A DNA stretch of 63,552 nt, filler included, from Octopus bimaculoides (GCF_001194135.2; 7 parts of 7 records of this genome joined end to end with filler, not necessarily neighbours in it), one strand, 5' to 3'. Shown: positions 13,002-26,441, numbered from the whole stretch's first letter. The notes: a model not told the origin generated them from the letters alone. A program made the numbers and translations.

Positions 13002-13172
13002 AATAGAGATAACTCGAATGTGGAATCTAAAAACAGAAACAATTCCTATCATAGTAGGTGCCTTAGGTATAATAAAAAAATATTCAGACAAATACATAAC
13101 AAAAACACCAGGACTTACAAATATATATAACATACAGAAAATTGCACTACTGGGTACTGCACACATTCTACG
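12847..13172 (+). mobile_element. Two tandem truncated R4/Dong-like fragments separated by (AAT)n
   Basis: 12847-12933 is the 3'UTR of the 7844-8163 family; 13000-13172 reads MWNLKTETIPIIVGALGIIKKYSDKYITKTPGLTNIYNIQKIALLGTAHIL up to a gap. Confidence 0.8.
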
Positions 13173-13272
13173 NNNNNNNNNNNNNNNNNNNNNNNNNNNN
13201 NNNNNNNNNNNNNNNNTTAATTAATTAANNNNNNNNNNNNNNNNNNNNNNNNNNNNNNNNNNNNNNNNNNNN

Positions 13273-13309
<37 letters not shown>

Positions 13310-13395
13310 ACATACATATACACACACACACATGTGTGTGTATTAAGGCTAGCATTGGTTTCATTGGACAAATATATACATATATATACATATGA

Positions 13396-13434
<39 letters not shown>

Positions 13435-13436
<2 letters not shown>

Positions 13437-14651
13437 GTGGCCTACAATAAGCCTTTAGCCACGCTGATTTTTTGAGATTCCATAATTTGTAACACCTTTC
13501 TTGCATTTAAAAAAAAAATTTTCTATCATCTCGAGCAGAGTAATAGAGTTTTCAAATGATATTTCACAATGAAAGGGAGAGGAAGTGCAGCAATTAACGA
13601 GTTCAAATGAGGGCAAATGAGGGCATCAGTGCGGAAAGTCGAACAGAGAAATAGTAAAGTTTTTTTTAAGGTAAATTACCAGACTGTTAATAATATTGTC
13701 AAAAGTTTTCAAGACGAAAGACATTGTCGTGTGAAATCTCTTTCTGGAGAGCCAAATATTGCTTCGGATAGACAAAAGAGAGCACTGAAGAGGGAAATCA
13801 TCAGAAACCGCCATTTTGACATTGAAGAGATTGCAAACAACATAGAAATGTCGCTGTACTCTGTAAGAAAAGTTCTAAAAGAACTAGGATATGAAAGCAG
13901 CATTGCAAGAAAGAAACCGTTGATTTCAGACATCAACAATGGGGAAAGTATGACTAAGCTTGGAAACGCGAGGACAAGGAAGATACATTTTGGCAGTCAG
14001 TTGTGTGGTCGGATGAAAGTAAGTCTTACCAATATTCGAATTTATGGCAAGTCTATGTATGGAGGGGCAAAACTGAAACTTGGAAGGCTGAATGTTTGCA
14101 TGCTACCGTGAGACATGATGGGATGGGGTGGGGGTGGCTGTCTGGGCAGGAGGAATTCTGAGCTAATTTCCGTGGAAAACCGGTTGGAAGGTCGAAAATA
14201 TTGTGATATGTTAGAAAAAGAACGGTTTCCGATTTACGACACCGGTAAAATGAATAAGTAGCCTTCTCTATTTCAAGAGAAGTGTACATACGAGCAAAGT
14301 TTGAAATGCCTGGAAAGAAACGCATGACATCAAAGCCCCGACTTGAACCCCACCGAGCATGCCTGGGACTACTTTGACTGACAAATTCAAGCTAATTCTG
14401 GCAAAGTTAAGTTCGTGGCAGCCCTCAAATGCACTCTCTTGAAAACATGGAATGATATGGATCAAACTATTGTCGCTTACTTAGTCAAAACGATGGAAGA
14501 CCATGTCAAAGCTGCGAAACTTGCAAAAGGAAACTCTACCAAATATTAGTGCAAATTTTCAGATATTTCTTTTGGGTATTTTTTGAGTTATCAAACTTTG
14601 AATATGATTATTGTTTTACTCCCTTGGCTAAAAACTTATCGTAGGCCACTG
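13435..14651 (+). mobile_element. Full-length decayed Tc1-like DNA transposon
   Basis: TIRs cagtggcctacaataag / cttatcgtaggccactg with TA on the left; frameshifted transposase with ARKKPLIS, VVWSDES and final KGNSTKY*. Confidence 0.9.
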
Positions 14652-15046
14652 CACATATAGTTTATGATAAAAATCTCACCTGCTAGTTGAACCGTACAAT
14701 GGACTGATACATCACCTTGCAACTAGACCAGAATTTATAACTCTGTTACTAACATTAGAAGATATCTAAAACCTAATTTTCCAAACACTTTAATCTGTTT
14801 AATCTGATTATCATTTTAAACTGATTATCACAATTAATGAAACAGTAATACAAGAAAATGGAGATAAAATCGTTAGCCTGTCGAGCAAAATGCTTTGCAC
14901 TATTTCGTCTGTCATTAAGTTCTGTGTTCAGACTCATCCGAAGTCGACTTTGCCTCTGATCCTGAGCACTGAGGTCAATGTAATCGACTTACCTCTTCCT
15001 CCGAAATTGCTGGCGTTGTCCGAAAATTAAAAAAGAAAAAATTAAA

Positions 15047-15087
<41 letters not shown>

Positions 15088-15284
15088 AATGAAAAAAAGA
15101 AAATTTATAGAATGTGTGATTTCCATTGGCTTTGCTTGTAGACATACAGAGTGGGCCAAAAGGCACGCACAAAATAAGTTCAATACGCATCGGAATTATC
15201 AAAGGCATGCTTCAATTTTTCTAAAATTATTATTATTATTGTACCACGGGTACAATAATAATAATAAAAATAATAATGGTTTCA

Positions 15285-15500
15285 AATTTTGGCACAAGGC
15301 CAGCAATTGCGGAGTAGGGTTAAGTCGATTACATCGATCCCAGTGTTCAACTGGTATTTATTTTATCGACTGCGAAAGGATGAAAGGTAAAGTCGACCAC
15401 GGTGGCATTTGAACTTAGAACGTGCAGACGGACAAAATGCTGCTAAGCATTTTGTCCGGAGTGCTACAGATTCTCCCAACATCTCACTGCCTTAATAACT
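15285..15500 (-). mobile_element. SINE family B
   Basis: ggatgaaaggtaaagtcgaccacggtggcatttgaac core; a more degraded plus-strand copy lies at about 14875-15025. Confidence 0.7.
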
Positions 15501-15510
15501 TAATATAATA

Positions 15511-15557
<47 letters not shown>

Positions 15558-15599
15558 AATAACAACAACAACAACAATAATAATAATAATAATGATTAT

Positions 15600-16157
15600 G
15601 ATAGCCCTGATGCAGTACCAGGCACTGACTCGCATGGCTTCTCACCTTAATTAATTGAAAGTGTTATCCTGTACATGTTTTGTCTTCGTATAAAAGATGA
15701 GCTACAGCAAACATTTTGCTCAATACCACAGATTTGTCTGACAGTTGCTTGACCTTAACCAGTTGGACATGTCTTCAGTGGCTGACAATATGTGCGTCTC
15801 TGATCACGAGCAGAAGTAGTAGGGGAGCATCGTAGCCATGTGTTGAAAGGAATTCTTTGAGGTTTGAATAATTCGCATCTAGAAACATGGCTGTTTCATT
15901 CATCATCCTTAAACAAATCTTATTCAGGGGCCTTTTGAGTGGGATGGACGACTCGACCTGAAGAAAATTCTAACTGGGCCCCACCGGCAAGGTTATGCGC
16001 TGTTTATCTTGATATGAGATCACCATGTCACGTACATATGGTTCTGATGCATGTGGCTGGTGTACCCTTATCAGACGGGTAGTCATGATGGGTATATTGG
16101 GCTTCGTATACTTGTTCTCCAGTGTCTCTTAGATGGTATGCGTTGCTCTCTTACTCA
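15600..16157 (+). mobile_element. Family D (AAT)n-tailed retroposon
   Basis: Longer copy of 6929-7343, between triplet microsatellites. Confidence 0.7.
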
Positions 16158-16220
<63 letters not shown>

Positions 16221-17051
16221 GTAATGATAATAATAATAATAATAATAATAATGATAATAATAANNNNNNNNNNNNNNNNNNNNNNNNNNNNNNNNNNNNN
16301 NNNNNNNNNNNNNNNNNNNNNNNNNNNNNNNNNNNNNNNNNNNNNNNNNNNNNNNNNNNNNNNNNNNNNNNNNNNNNNNNNNNNNNNNNNNNNNNNNNNN
16401 NNNNNNNNNNNNNNNNNNNNNNNNNNNNNNNNNNNNNNNNNNNNNNNNNNNNNNNNNNNNNNNNNNNNNNNNNNNNNNNNNNNNNNNNNNNNNNNNNNNN
16501 NNNNNNNNNNNNNNNNNNNNNNNNNNNNNNNNNNNNNNNNNNNNNNNNNNNNNNNNNNNNNNNNNNNNNNNNNNNNNNNNNNNNNNNNNNNNNNNNNNNN
16601 NNNNNNNNNNNNNNNNNNNNNNNNNNNNNNNNNNNNNNNNNNNNNNNNNNNNNNNNNNNNNNNNNNNNNNNNNNNNNNNNNNNNNNNNNNNNNNNNNNNN
16701 NNNNNNNNNNNNNNNNNNNNNNNNNNNNNNNNNNNNNNNNNNNNNNNNNNNNNNNNNNNNNNNNNNNNNNNNNNNNNNNNNNNNNNNNNNNNNNNNNNNN
16801 NNNNNNNNNNNNNNNNNNNNNNNNNNNNNNNNNNNNNNNNNNNNNNNNNNNNNNNNNNNNNNNNNNNNNNNNNNNNNNNNNNNNNNNNNNNNNNNNNNNN
16901 NNNNNNNNNNNNNNNNNNNNNNNNNNNNNNNNNNNNNNNNNNNNNNNNNNNNNNNNNNNNNNNNNNNNNNNNNNNNNNNNNNNNNNNNNNNNNNNNNNNN
17001 NNNNNNNNNNNNNNNNNNNNNNNNNNNNNNNNNNNNNNNNNNNNNNNNNNN

Positions 17052-17109
<58 letters not shown>

Positions 17110-17802
17110 GGAAAGAGAGAGATACTCATACATATAAGTGCATACACATATGTTTCTGTTTGCGTGTGTGTGCATGCTCGTGTGTAAAATAATGTACACG
17201 CTTGAGAGATATTCAATGGGTTGACAGTGATATCTTTGAAAGTGAAAAAGAAAGTTAGAGTGATATGGGTGGGTGAATGACGGTTTGTGAAGTATGTGGG
17301 TATAGGGCATTGTTATGCTTTATAGTACAACATTAAAAGGAATGAAGGGATGGTTAGATAATTGAGTGGTGGTCGGTGGGTGATGGATGATGGATGGTAG
17401 AGATTATATTATGTTACGTAGTTACAGGTAAGAAAAAAGGGAAGGAGTGTTTGCACAAGAGAGTGATAGTTTGTAGAGAATATATCTCAATTATACAAGT
17501 TTTTGTATATATGTATGCATTCATGTATATATGTATACATGCATGCATGCATGTGTTTATATGTGAATGTATGTATGTATATATATATATATGTATGTAT
17601 GTATGTATGAATGCATGAATATATGCATATATATACGCACATATGCATGCCTATATGTATGTATGTATGTATGTATGTATGCATGAATGCATATGTTTGT
17701 GTGTATGTATGTATTTGTGTGTATGTGTGTATGTACGTACGTATGCATGCATGCATGTATGTATGAATGTATGCATATATGTATGTATGTATGTATGTTC
17801 CA

Positions 17803-18188
17803 GTGGAGGTGCAATGGCTCATTGGTTAGGGCAGCGGACTCGCGGTCATAGGATCGCGGTTTCAATTCTCAGACCGGGCGTTGTGAGTGTTCATTGAGCG
17901 AAAACACCTAAAGCTCCACCAGGCTCCGGCAGGGGATGGTGGTGAACCCTGCTGTACTCTTTCACCATAACTTTCTCTCACTCTTACTTCCTGTTTCTGT
18001 TGTGCCTGTAATTCAAAGGGTCAGCCTTGTCACACTGTGTCACGCTGAATATCCCCGAGAACTACGTTAAGGGTACACGTGTCTGTGGAGTGCTCAGCCA
18101 CTTGCACGTTAATTTAACGAGCAGGCTGTTCCGTTGATCGGATCAACTGGAACCCTCGTCGTCGGAAGCGACGGAGTGCCAACAACAA
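17803..18188 (+). mobile_element. Full-length SINE family A with 12-bp TSD
   Basis: tRNA-like head with A and B boxes, (AAC)n tail; TSD atgtatgttcca at 17791-17802 and 18189-18200. Confidence 0.9.
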
Positions 18189-18527
18189 ATGTATGTTCCA
18201 AGTTCTAGGCCTTAGTATTACACCTGAAACGTTGCACAATTTTTCAAGGCGAAGGCCATAAGCAATATAACCTTTTCGGAAATTTTCTGGAGAAAAAAAA
18301 ATCCGTCTTTATACAAGGAAATCTTATTTATAAAATTGCTGTAAAGCATATTTGTAGATGTGTTTGCAATCGAATAATCTGAAATTTAAAGCATATCTTC
18401 ATTAATATTAAAGAAAAGAAAAGAGAGAAATCAGAAGGAAAGGAAAATGAAGTGGGGGTAAGAAATGAAGAGATTAAGAAGGAAGACAAAGCTGTAGAAG
18501 AGGAAGAGAAAGAAGAAGGAAGAGAAA

Positions 18528-18757
18528 GCGGCGAGCTGGCAGAAACGTTAGCACGGCGGGCGAAATGCTTAGCGGTATTTCGTTTGCCGCTACGTTCTGA
18601 GTTCAAATTCCGCCGAGGTCGACTTTGCCTTTCATCCTTTCGGGGTCGATTAAATAAGTACCAGTTACGCACTGGAGTCGATGTAATCGACTTAATCCCT
18701 TTGTCTGTCCTTGTTTGTCCCCTCTGTGTGTAGCTCCTTGTGGGCAGTAAAGAAATA
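18528..18757 (+). mobile_element. Full-length SINE family B
   Basis: ggcgagctggcagaaacgttagcac head, gagttcaaattcc B box, gaggtcgactttgcctttcatcctttcggggtcgat core. Confidence 0.85.
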
Positions 18758-19145
18758 AGAAAGAAGAAGGAGTAAAGGAGAGAAAACTGGTGAAAAGCAA
18801 GAATGTAAAAAAAGTAAACAAAATGAAGGCAAAAAATCAGAGAGAAAGAGAGAGAGAGAGAGAAAGAGAGAGGGGGAAGAGAGAGAGAAAGAGTGAAAAG
18901 TGGGAGAGTGAGAAGTTGGATGTATAAATAGAAAAAAGAAAGGTGGGGTTCACAGAACTTCCTTTCAGAAAGTATAAAGGTGTATACAATGGATGGCGAT
19001 ATTAAAAAGTTTAAACTAAATAATTGTCTTTGTCATTTTAAATGTGGGATTTTGAAAAGCCGCATAATAGAAAGATTGTCAAAATTATTTTTATGTATGT
19101 GCACTCGCTTACAAATGCACACATGCATTCAAATATGTATGTATG

Positions 19146-19179
<34 letters not shown>

Positions 19180-19627
19180 TGTGTGTGTGTGTGCATGTAT
19201 GCATGTATGTATGTATGTATGTCATCATTCAGTCTTATTTAAAGATTTCTTACTCATAAAAGAAGCCGGTTTCTAACCTAGATCCAAGGTTCCTTCACTG
19301 GAATTTCAACAACATCAACAGAGTACTTTGGCAGTTATGTATGTATATGTGCAGTATATACGTATGTATGTATGTATGTATGTATGTATGTATGTATGTA
19401 TGTATGTTGTGTATGTATACCGTATATATGTATTTATGTATTTGTGTATGTATATATGTATTTATTTATTTATTTATTTATGTGTTTCAGCCAAGTGGCT
19501 GCGGTCATGCTGGTGCACCACCGTGTTGTGTATGTATACCGTATATATGTATATACACATATATACACACGTGCACATGCACACATACGAATACATACAT
19601 GCACACATACGTATATATTGTTTTATT

Positions 19628-20020
19628 TCTTATTTCTTTTACTTGTTTCAGTCAGTTGACTGCGGCCATACTGGAGTACTGCCTTTAGTCGAACAAATTG
19701 GCCCCAGGACTTATTCTTTGTAAGCCTAGTATTTATTCTATCGATGCCTTTTGCCGAACCGGTAAATTACGTGGACGTTAACACGCCAACATCGGTTGTC
19801 AAGCGATGGTGGTGGTGGTGGTGGTTTGGCAAATGCAGACACACAAATACATATACATATACGACGTGATTCTTTCAGTTTCTGTCTACCAAATCCACTC
19901 ACAAAGCTTTGATCGCCACGAGGCTATAGCAGAAAACACTTGCTCAAGGTACCACGTAGTGGGACTGAACCCAGAACCATGTGAAAGCAAGCTTCTCACC
20001 ACACATCTACTCCTGCGCCT
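19628..20020 (-). mobile_element. SINE family C
   Basis: Head ggcgcaggag...gggttcagtcccac on the minus strand; tail as at 143-350. Confidence 0.8.
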
Positions 20021-20039
20021 ATATATATATATATATATA

Positions 20040-20244
20040 TATTATAAAATCTGATAATTATTCATATATTAATTAATATCGATTAATTATCACTTAGTGG
20101 TCGACGTTATTTTTTTTAAATGTACCTTAATCCCCTGAGATTGCAGATAATATTTCTGAATCTCTTTGATTCTTTAGATGTGCTGGCCTCCTAATAATTA
20201 ATCGATATTAATTAATATATGAATAATTATCAGATTTTATAATA
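20040..20244. repeat. Perfect 51-bp AT-rich inverted repeat
   Basis: 20040-20090 is the exact reverse complement of 20194-20244. Confidence 0.9.
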
Positions 20245-20989
20245 ATATTTTACCCATTGCCCATGTTCTCATACTGAATATATACGACGCAGTAAATATT
20301 TTCTGCAGATANNNNNNNNNNNNNNNNNNNNNNNNNNNNNNNNNNNNNNNNNNNNNNNNNNNNNNNNNNNNNNNNNNNNNNNNNNNNNNNNNNNNNNNNN
20401 NNNNNNNNNNNNNNNNNNNNNNNNNNNNNNNNNNNNNNNNNNNNNNNNNNNNNNNNNNNNNNNNNNNNNNNNNNNNNNNNNNNNNNNNNNNNNNNNNNNN
20501 NNNNNNNNNNNNNNNNNNNNNNNNNNNNNNNNNNNNNNNNNNNNNNNNNNNNNNNNNNNNNNNNNNNNNNNNNNNNNNNNNNNNNNNNNNNNNNNNNNNN
20601 NNNNNNNNNNNNNNNNNNNNNNNNNNNNNNNNNNNNNNNNNNNNNNNNNNNNNNNNNNNNNNNNNNNNNNNNNNNNNNNNNNNNNNNNNNNNNNNNNNNN
20701 NNNNNNNNNNNNNNNNNNNNNNNNNNNNNNNNNNNNNNNNNNNNNNNNNNNNNNNNNNNNNNNNNNNNNNNNNNNNNNNNNNNNNNNNNNNNNNNNNNNN
20801 NNNNNNNNNNNNNNNNNNNNNNNNNNNNNNNNNNNNNNNNNNNNNNNNNNNNNNNNNNNNNNNNNNNNNNNNNNNNNNNNNNNNNNNNNNNNNNNNNNNN
20901 NNNNNNNNNNNNNNNNNNNNNNNNNNNNNNNTATATATATATATATATATATATATATGCATATATACATACATGTACATAATAAGATT

Positions 20990-21330
20990 TATACACATGC
21001 ATATATGGGTACAGGACGTCAAAAAACGTAAACAACAGAAGAAACGAGAACATGAAATACAAAATTATGGAAAATGAACTTTTTTTGTGAACAGTGAAAG
21101 ACAGAAAAGAAAAACGAGACTAGCAACATAAAGAACAATCCCTTCCTTTGTCCACTGTTTTATCTTCTCTGTATTTCGAACGTTAGGACAAGATGCGTCT
21201 TCGTCAAACCAGTCGCTCCCGCATAGTAAATTAAATATAATTTGGGATTTGCAGAGAGTCATATTTGGTAACAAAAACAGGACAGTTAAAACTAATGGTA
21301 AGGGCTGTTAAGCCATAACGAGGTGAAGTG
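20990..21330. repeat. Dispersed repeat related to the arms at 44544-44865
   Basis: Shares gcatatatgggtacagga(c/t)gtca...acataaagaac. Confidence 0.55.
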
Positions 21331-21612
21331 GTGAACGCTGGAGAAACAAGCTTTGATACGAGACAGACAAAAATGTGTGCTATCTCTTGTAGCTTAACGA
21401 GAAGAGAGAAAGAAATTCGAGCTAGGAGAGGAAAGATGGCCGCTGGTCACGTGTGAGCAACGAGAGAGTCAAGGAGGAGGAGGAGTGAGGGAGAAAGAGG
21501 AACAGAGAACGGTGGAGGAGAAGGATTAGAGAGAAAGGATGGGAGAGAAAGAAAGAAAGAAAGAAGAAAAGAGAGAAATAGAGATAGTGATAATGTCGCA
21601 TCGTCTCCGCAT

Positions 21613-21649
21613 TCTTTCTGTTGAAGAGCGTAGCTCGAAACGTCAAAGA
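21613..21649 (+). ncRNA. Minimal type-I hammerhead ribozyme-like motif (core variant)
   Basis: TCTTT-CTGTTGA-A-GAG-cgtag-CTC-GAAAC-GTC-AAAGA: perfect 5-bp stem I, 3-bp stem II, palindromic ACGT stem III; core has U at position 6. Confidence 0.6.
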
Positions 21650-21890
21650 CTTTCCGTATTCCCGAGCGTCATACTAATATATACTTTTGTTATTTACACC
21701 ACCTGTCCTCGTCTGTTGTTATTATTTGTATATTCTCCCATATATANNNNNNNNNNNNNNNNNNNNNNNNNNNNNNNNNNNNNNNNNNNNNNNNNNNNNN
21801 NNNNNNNNNNNNNNNNNNNNNNNNNNNNNNNNNNNNNNNNNNNNNNNNNNNNNNNNNNNNNNNNNNNNNNNNNNNNNNNNNNNNNNNNNN

Positions 21891-21929
<39 letters not shown>

Positions 21930-22442
21930 GCGTGTGTGTATATGTATGTGTGTATATGTATGTGTGTATATGCATGTGTGTGCGTGTGTGTATATGTATG
22001 TGTGTGTGTGTGTATTAAGCCGAAACTTCGAAGCCACTGTCAATCTTTCCTTTTAAAAAATTACACACGCACGCTACACACACGTGCACACATACGCAAA
22101 CTAACTTACACAAATATGTAAACACCCACACACAAATAAGTTTGAGTATATCCAGGTATAATACCAAATATTCTTTTAAAAGCAATTATCACCAACCAAC
22201 AGTCAAATACTGAAGCACGCAAACGCGAACATACATAGACGCACATAATTACATACATGCATTCATACATACATACGAAATTGTTTTTAACATTTATCAT
22301 CGAAAAATGTCCTTCAAATCTCCATTTTAAAATCACAACCACAATTCTTTAGTGTAAACTTCAAATGACCTAAGATCAAATATTACTTTCTAAAAATCTA
22401 TATTTCTTCTCCACCCGTCTGTACTTCCTTTTTATACACCCA

Positions 22443-22582
22443 TTCTTCTTCTTCTTCTTCTTCTTCTTCTTCTTCTTCTTCTTCTTCTTCTTCTTCTTCT
22501 TCTTCTTCTTCTTCTTCTTCTTCTTCTTCTTCTTCTTCTTCTTCTTCTTCTTCTTCTTCTTCTTCTTCTTCTTCTTCTTCTT
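22443..22582. repeat. (TTC)n microsatellite
   Basis: Direct reading. Confidence 0.97.
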
Positions 22583-22883
22583 TATTAATATGATAGAAGT
22601 AAAAAACACTAATCACCTCCAGAGTAGGATACTCTCACTTCAATGTATCTGCAGCGCTGCAGTCACTTTGTGAAGGCCCCATGGTAGTCATTCACAGTAA
22701 GCAGCAGTGTTTAGTAGGGTGTGTTCAAAGTACTGTTACAGCGGCCTCTTTCAATGTGGAATAAGAAAAAGTTTGCAGGTCACTTTATTGGATGTGTAGT
22801 AATGATATACTAAAGTTACAATAACCTAAGGCATTTATAACTGCTCCACACCTAAAAATCTAAAACTTTCTGGAATACATCTC

Positions 22884-22915
<32 letters not shown>

Positions 22916-22924
22916 CACTTCCGA

Positions 22925-23035
22925 AAATGGCAGCTGTTCTGCATAAAAGGACAATGAAAAGGCTTGGATATGTGTAGAGGATGGATGACAACAGAATTCC
23001 CAAACAGCTGTTATAAGGTGAGTTGGCTCAGGGTA
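22925..23035 (+). mobile_element. RTE-like LINE C-terminal fragment
   Basis: Reads KRTMKRLGYV*RMDDNRIPKQLL*GEL. Confidence 0.55.
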
Positions 23036-23060
23036 TACTTTCGGCTTTTTGGAGACTGAT

Positions 23061-23107
<47 letters not shown>

Positions 23108-23329
23108 GTCTGTCTGTCTATCTATCTATCTGTCTGTCTGTCTGTCTATCTGTCTGTCTGTCTGTCTGTCTGTATATAAACATACATATATGTGCATGTA
23201 TATATGTGTGTAGATACATAACACACAAAGACAGACATATACCTCGTTTCACATATCAAAATGGTGGCAGTGCGGAGGCAAATGGCCGGCTGTATTCTGA
23301 GAACCTTCAGAACTAGGAACTAGGAAACT

Positions 23330-23870
23330 ATGCTGGTCCTATGGAGGACATTTGTCCTTAGCCGTCTGGATTATTGCTCTCAACTGTGGTCACACTACAG
23401 TGCGGATTAATAGCAGAACTTGAGGCAATTCAGCGAAGCCATACGAGGAAGATTGCATCAATGGAACAGCTGAGTTACTGGGAGAGACTGAAAGAGCTAC
23501 GGCTCTACTCCCTGGAGCTAAGACGGGGAAGATATGCGGCGATATATGTGTGGAAGATACTGGAGGGGCTGGCACCAAATTTTGGAATTCAGAGTTATAC
23601 CAGACCTCAAACTGGACGTCACTGCACTGTTCCAAAAGTCCCATCTGTCTTATCTAAGGTGAGGACGAGGACCATGTACTGCAATAGCTTGGGATTCAAG
23701 CTCCCGCAGCTATTTAACGCCTTGCCAAAGCATCTGAGCGATCTCTATGGGGTCGGGGTAGATGTTTTCTTGCTATCCAAGACCCCAGATGAACCAATAT
23801 CAAAGCAGGAAGCTCAAAAGTGGGCAGCGGTATCGAACTCTCTCCTTCACCAAAAGCCAATCATATAGAA
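23330..23870 (+). mobile_element. CR1/L2-group LINE 3' coding fragment
   Basis: ELEAIQRSHTRKI...LSYWERLKELRLYSLELRRGRYAAIYVWKILEGLAPN, typical post-RT C-terminal region. Confidence 0.75.
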
Positions 23871-24148
23871 TTGGCCAATTAAAAGGTGATTGCACTGGCG
23901 GTGCCCCATTATGGCCGCAGCCTGGTGGCTTAAACTTATAAAAGACTAAAAGAATGACTATATACTGTGCTTGAATATTGTGACTTAACATTTACGTTAT
24001 ATACTTTTAGCTGTTTATATATTAATGTGCTATTTTAGTGATAAGGAAATTTTCTATCTCTTTTGAGTTCATTGTTAAAGTTAGCACACTACATTCACGT
24101 TCTTATATCCACGAAATATCTATTTTCATATATTATCTCTCTCTATCA

Positions 24149-24201
<53 letters not shown>

Positions 24202-24679
24202 TTATGTATGTGTACATGTATGTATATATATATATTTCCTCTTCCTGTACATACATACATAAATGCATACATGCACACATACACACACTCATACATACAT
24301 ACATATACATACACACACACTTGTATATATATATATATATATATATATACAAACCTATATATACACACACATATGTGCAAAAATACGGATTCATAAGCTT
24401 TTTTCTTCAACAAATATATATATTATATTTTATAATCTGATATATAATAGATTACTATGTATCTATATATCATATATAATTCTGAATAACAATACGTCTA
24501 TTGTTAAAAATTCTGACTAGAATACCGCAAAACAGAACTCTTGAATCAAACTCTTAAATTCTTTTGGCAATAATTTTGGGAATTAATCATAATTTTCCAA
24601 AATGGGAACTACTGTCTTTTATATCTTCTATCGGAAGCTGCTATTTTGCAGTTGTTATTCCGTAGGAACTGTACGTGAT

Positions 24680-24811
<132 letters not shown>

Positions 24812-25220
24812 GATTAAATTGAATGTCATTTTGGGTTGCCATGATTGACGTCTCGAAGTCACAAGAAATCTAAGATGTTATTTTATCGAGGGTATTTAAT
24901 TATCAAGACATTATTTTCAAAAGTGTGCTACGAACGGAACAATGAAGCTGCAAATTTTGGCGACGCAATAACATCACCGCCGTTGCACCCACGACCTTTA
25001 CTGCCAAGGTCACTATCACCGCCATCATCACAAGCAACAGTTATACTGATGAAGGGATCTCTTCGTGGTCTTTCGATCTACTTGATAGGGCAGTTAATTA
25101 TCCCTCACCGTTTTAAAATTTCATGGAACCATTGGGTAATAAAGTTCTATATTTAAGAGATGAGGAATTTTGTACATTATTTACATTTGACGGATATTCG
25201 TCCTCATCTTGTTTGTTGTT

Positions 25221-25266
25221 AACACAATGTTTCGGCTGATGTACCCTCCAGGCTTCATCAGGTGCC
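25221..25266 (-). ncRNA. Minimal type-I hammerhead ribozyme-like motif, decayed
   Basis: Minus strand GGCAC-CTGATGA-A-GCCTG-gagggtacat-CAGCC-GAAAC-ATT-GTGTT; intact CUGAUGA and GAAA, one stem II mismatch, stem III G changed to A. Confidence 0.65.
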
Positions 25267-25333
25267 TTGGGGAAATTTCGAACCTGGGTTCTCATTCCTA
25301 AGGTATTTTTTGATGTCGTTATTATTATTATTA

Positions 25334-26365
25334 TTTTATGTTTGACTTTTGTTTTGCATTTGTACAAGTTGGATCCAAGTCTCACCCAGAGACCTCAAGA
25401 GACAACAAGTTAGAAGTTCATGTAGGTGTTATGCCTAGGGTACCATATATTTGGATTTGTACAGTTTTGTTCAAGTGNNNNNNNNNNNNNNNNNNNNNNN
25501 NNNNNNNNNNNNNNNNNNNNNNNNNNNNNNNNNNNNNNNNNNNNNNNNNNNNNNNNNNNNNNNNNNNNNNNNNNNNNNNNNNNNNNNNNNNNNNNNNNNN
25601 NNNNNNNNNNNNNNNNNNNNNNNNNNNNNNNNNNNNNNNNNNNNNNNNNNNNNNNNNNNNNNNNNNNNNNNNNNNNNNNNNNNNNNNNNNNNNNNNNNNN
25701 NNNNNNNNNNNNNNNNNNNNNNNNNNNNNNNNNNNNNNNNNNNNNNNNNNNNNNNNNNNNNNNNNNNNNNNNNNNNNNNNNNNNNNNNNNNNNNNNNNNN
25801 NNNNNNNNNNNNNNNNNNNNNNNNNNNNNNNNNNNNNNNNNNNNNNNNNNNNNNNNNNNNNNNNNNNNNNNNNNNNNNNNNNNNNNNNNNNNNNNNNNNN
25901 NNNNNNNNNNNNNNNNNNNNNNNNNNNNNNNNNNNNNNNNNNNNNNNNNNNNNNNNNNNNNNNNNNNNNNNNNNNNNNNNNNNNNNNNNNNNNNNNNNNN
26001 NNNNNNNNNNNNNNNNNNNNNNNNNNNNNNNNNNNNNNNNNNNNNNNNNNNNNNNNNNNNNNNNNNNNNNNNNNNNNNNNNNNNNNNNNNNNNNNNNNNN
26101 NNNNNNNNNNNNNNNNNNNNNNNNNNNNNNNNNNNNNNNNNNNNNNNNNNNNNNNNNNNNNNNNNNNNNNNNNNNNNNNNNNNNNNNNNNNNNNNNNNNN
26201 NNNNNNNNNNNNNNNNNNNNNNNNNNNNNNNNNNNTTTCAAGCGCTTAGCTTTTTCTGCAGGTGTTTCTAGTTCGTCTAATTCTTGAATTTGTTGCAATT
26301 GGAATTCACTTAGATATTCCTTTGCCTGTTTTGTTACTGAGTAAGATGCTTTCTTGCTTTCTTGC

Positions 26366-26366
<1 letters not shown>
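25334..26366 (-). mobile_element. Second R4/Dong-like family, 5'-truncated, mostly in an N gap
   Basis: 5' part reads KASYSVTKQAKEYLSEFQLQQIQELDELETPAEKAKRLK; 3' end aagtcaaacataa(AAT)n; both ends in (AAT)n; clade call is from recalled similarity. Confidence 0.55.

Positions 26367-26441
<75 letters not shown>

Noticed and set aside
17803-17880. tRNA gene (and other tRNA-like heads)
   Set aside because: No closed acceptor stem; each continues into a SINE body
25045-25080. CTGATGAAGGG hammerhead-like start (also about 44740)
   Set aside because: No correctly placed GAAA or stem III downstream
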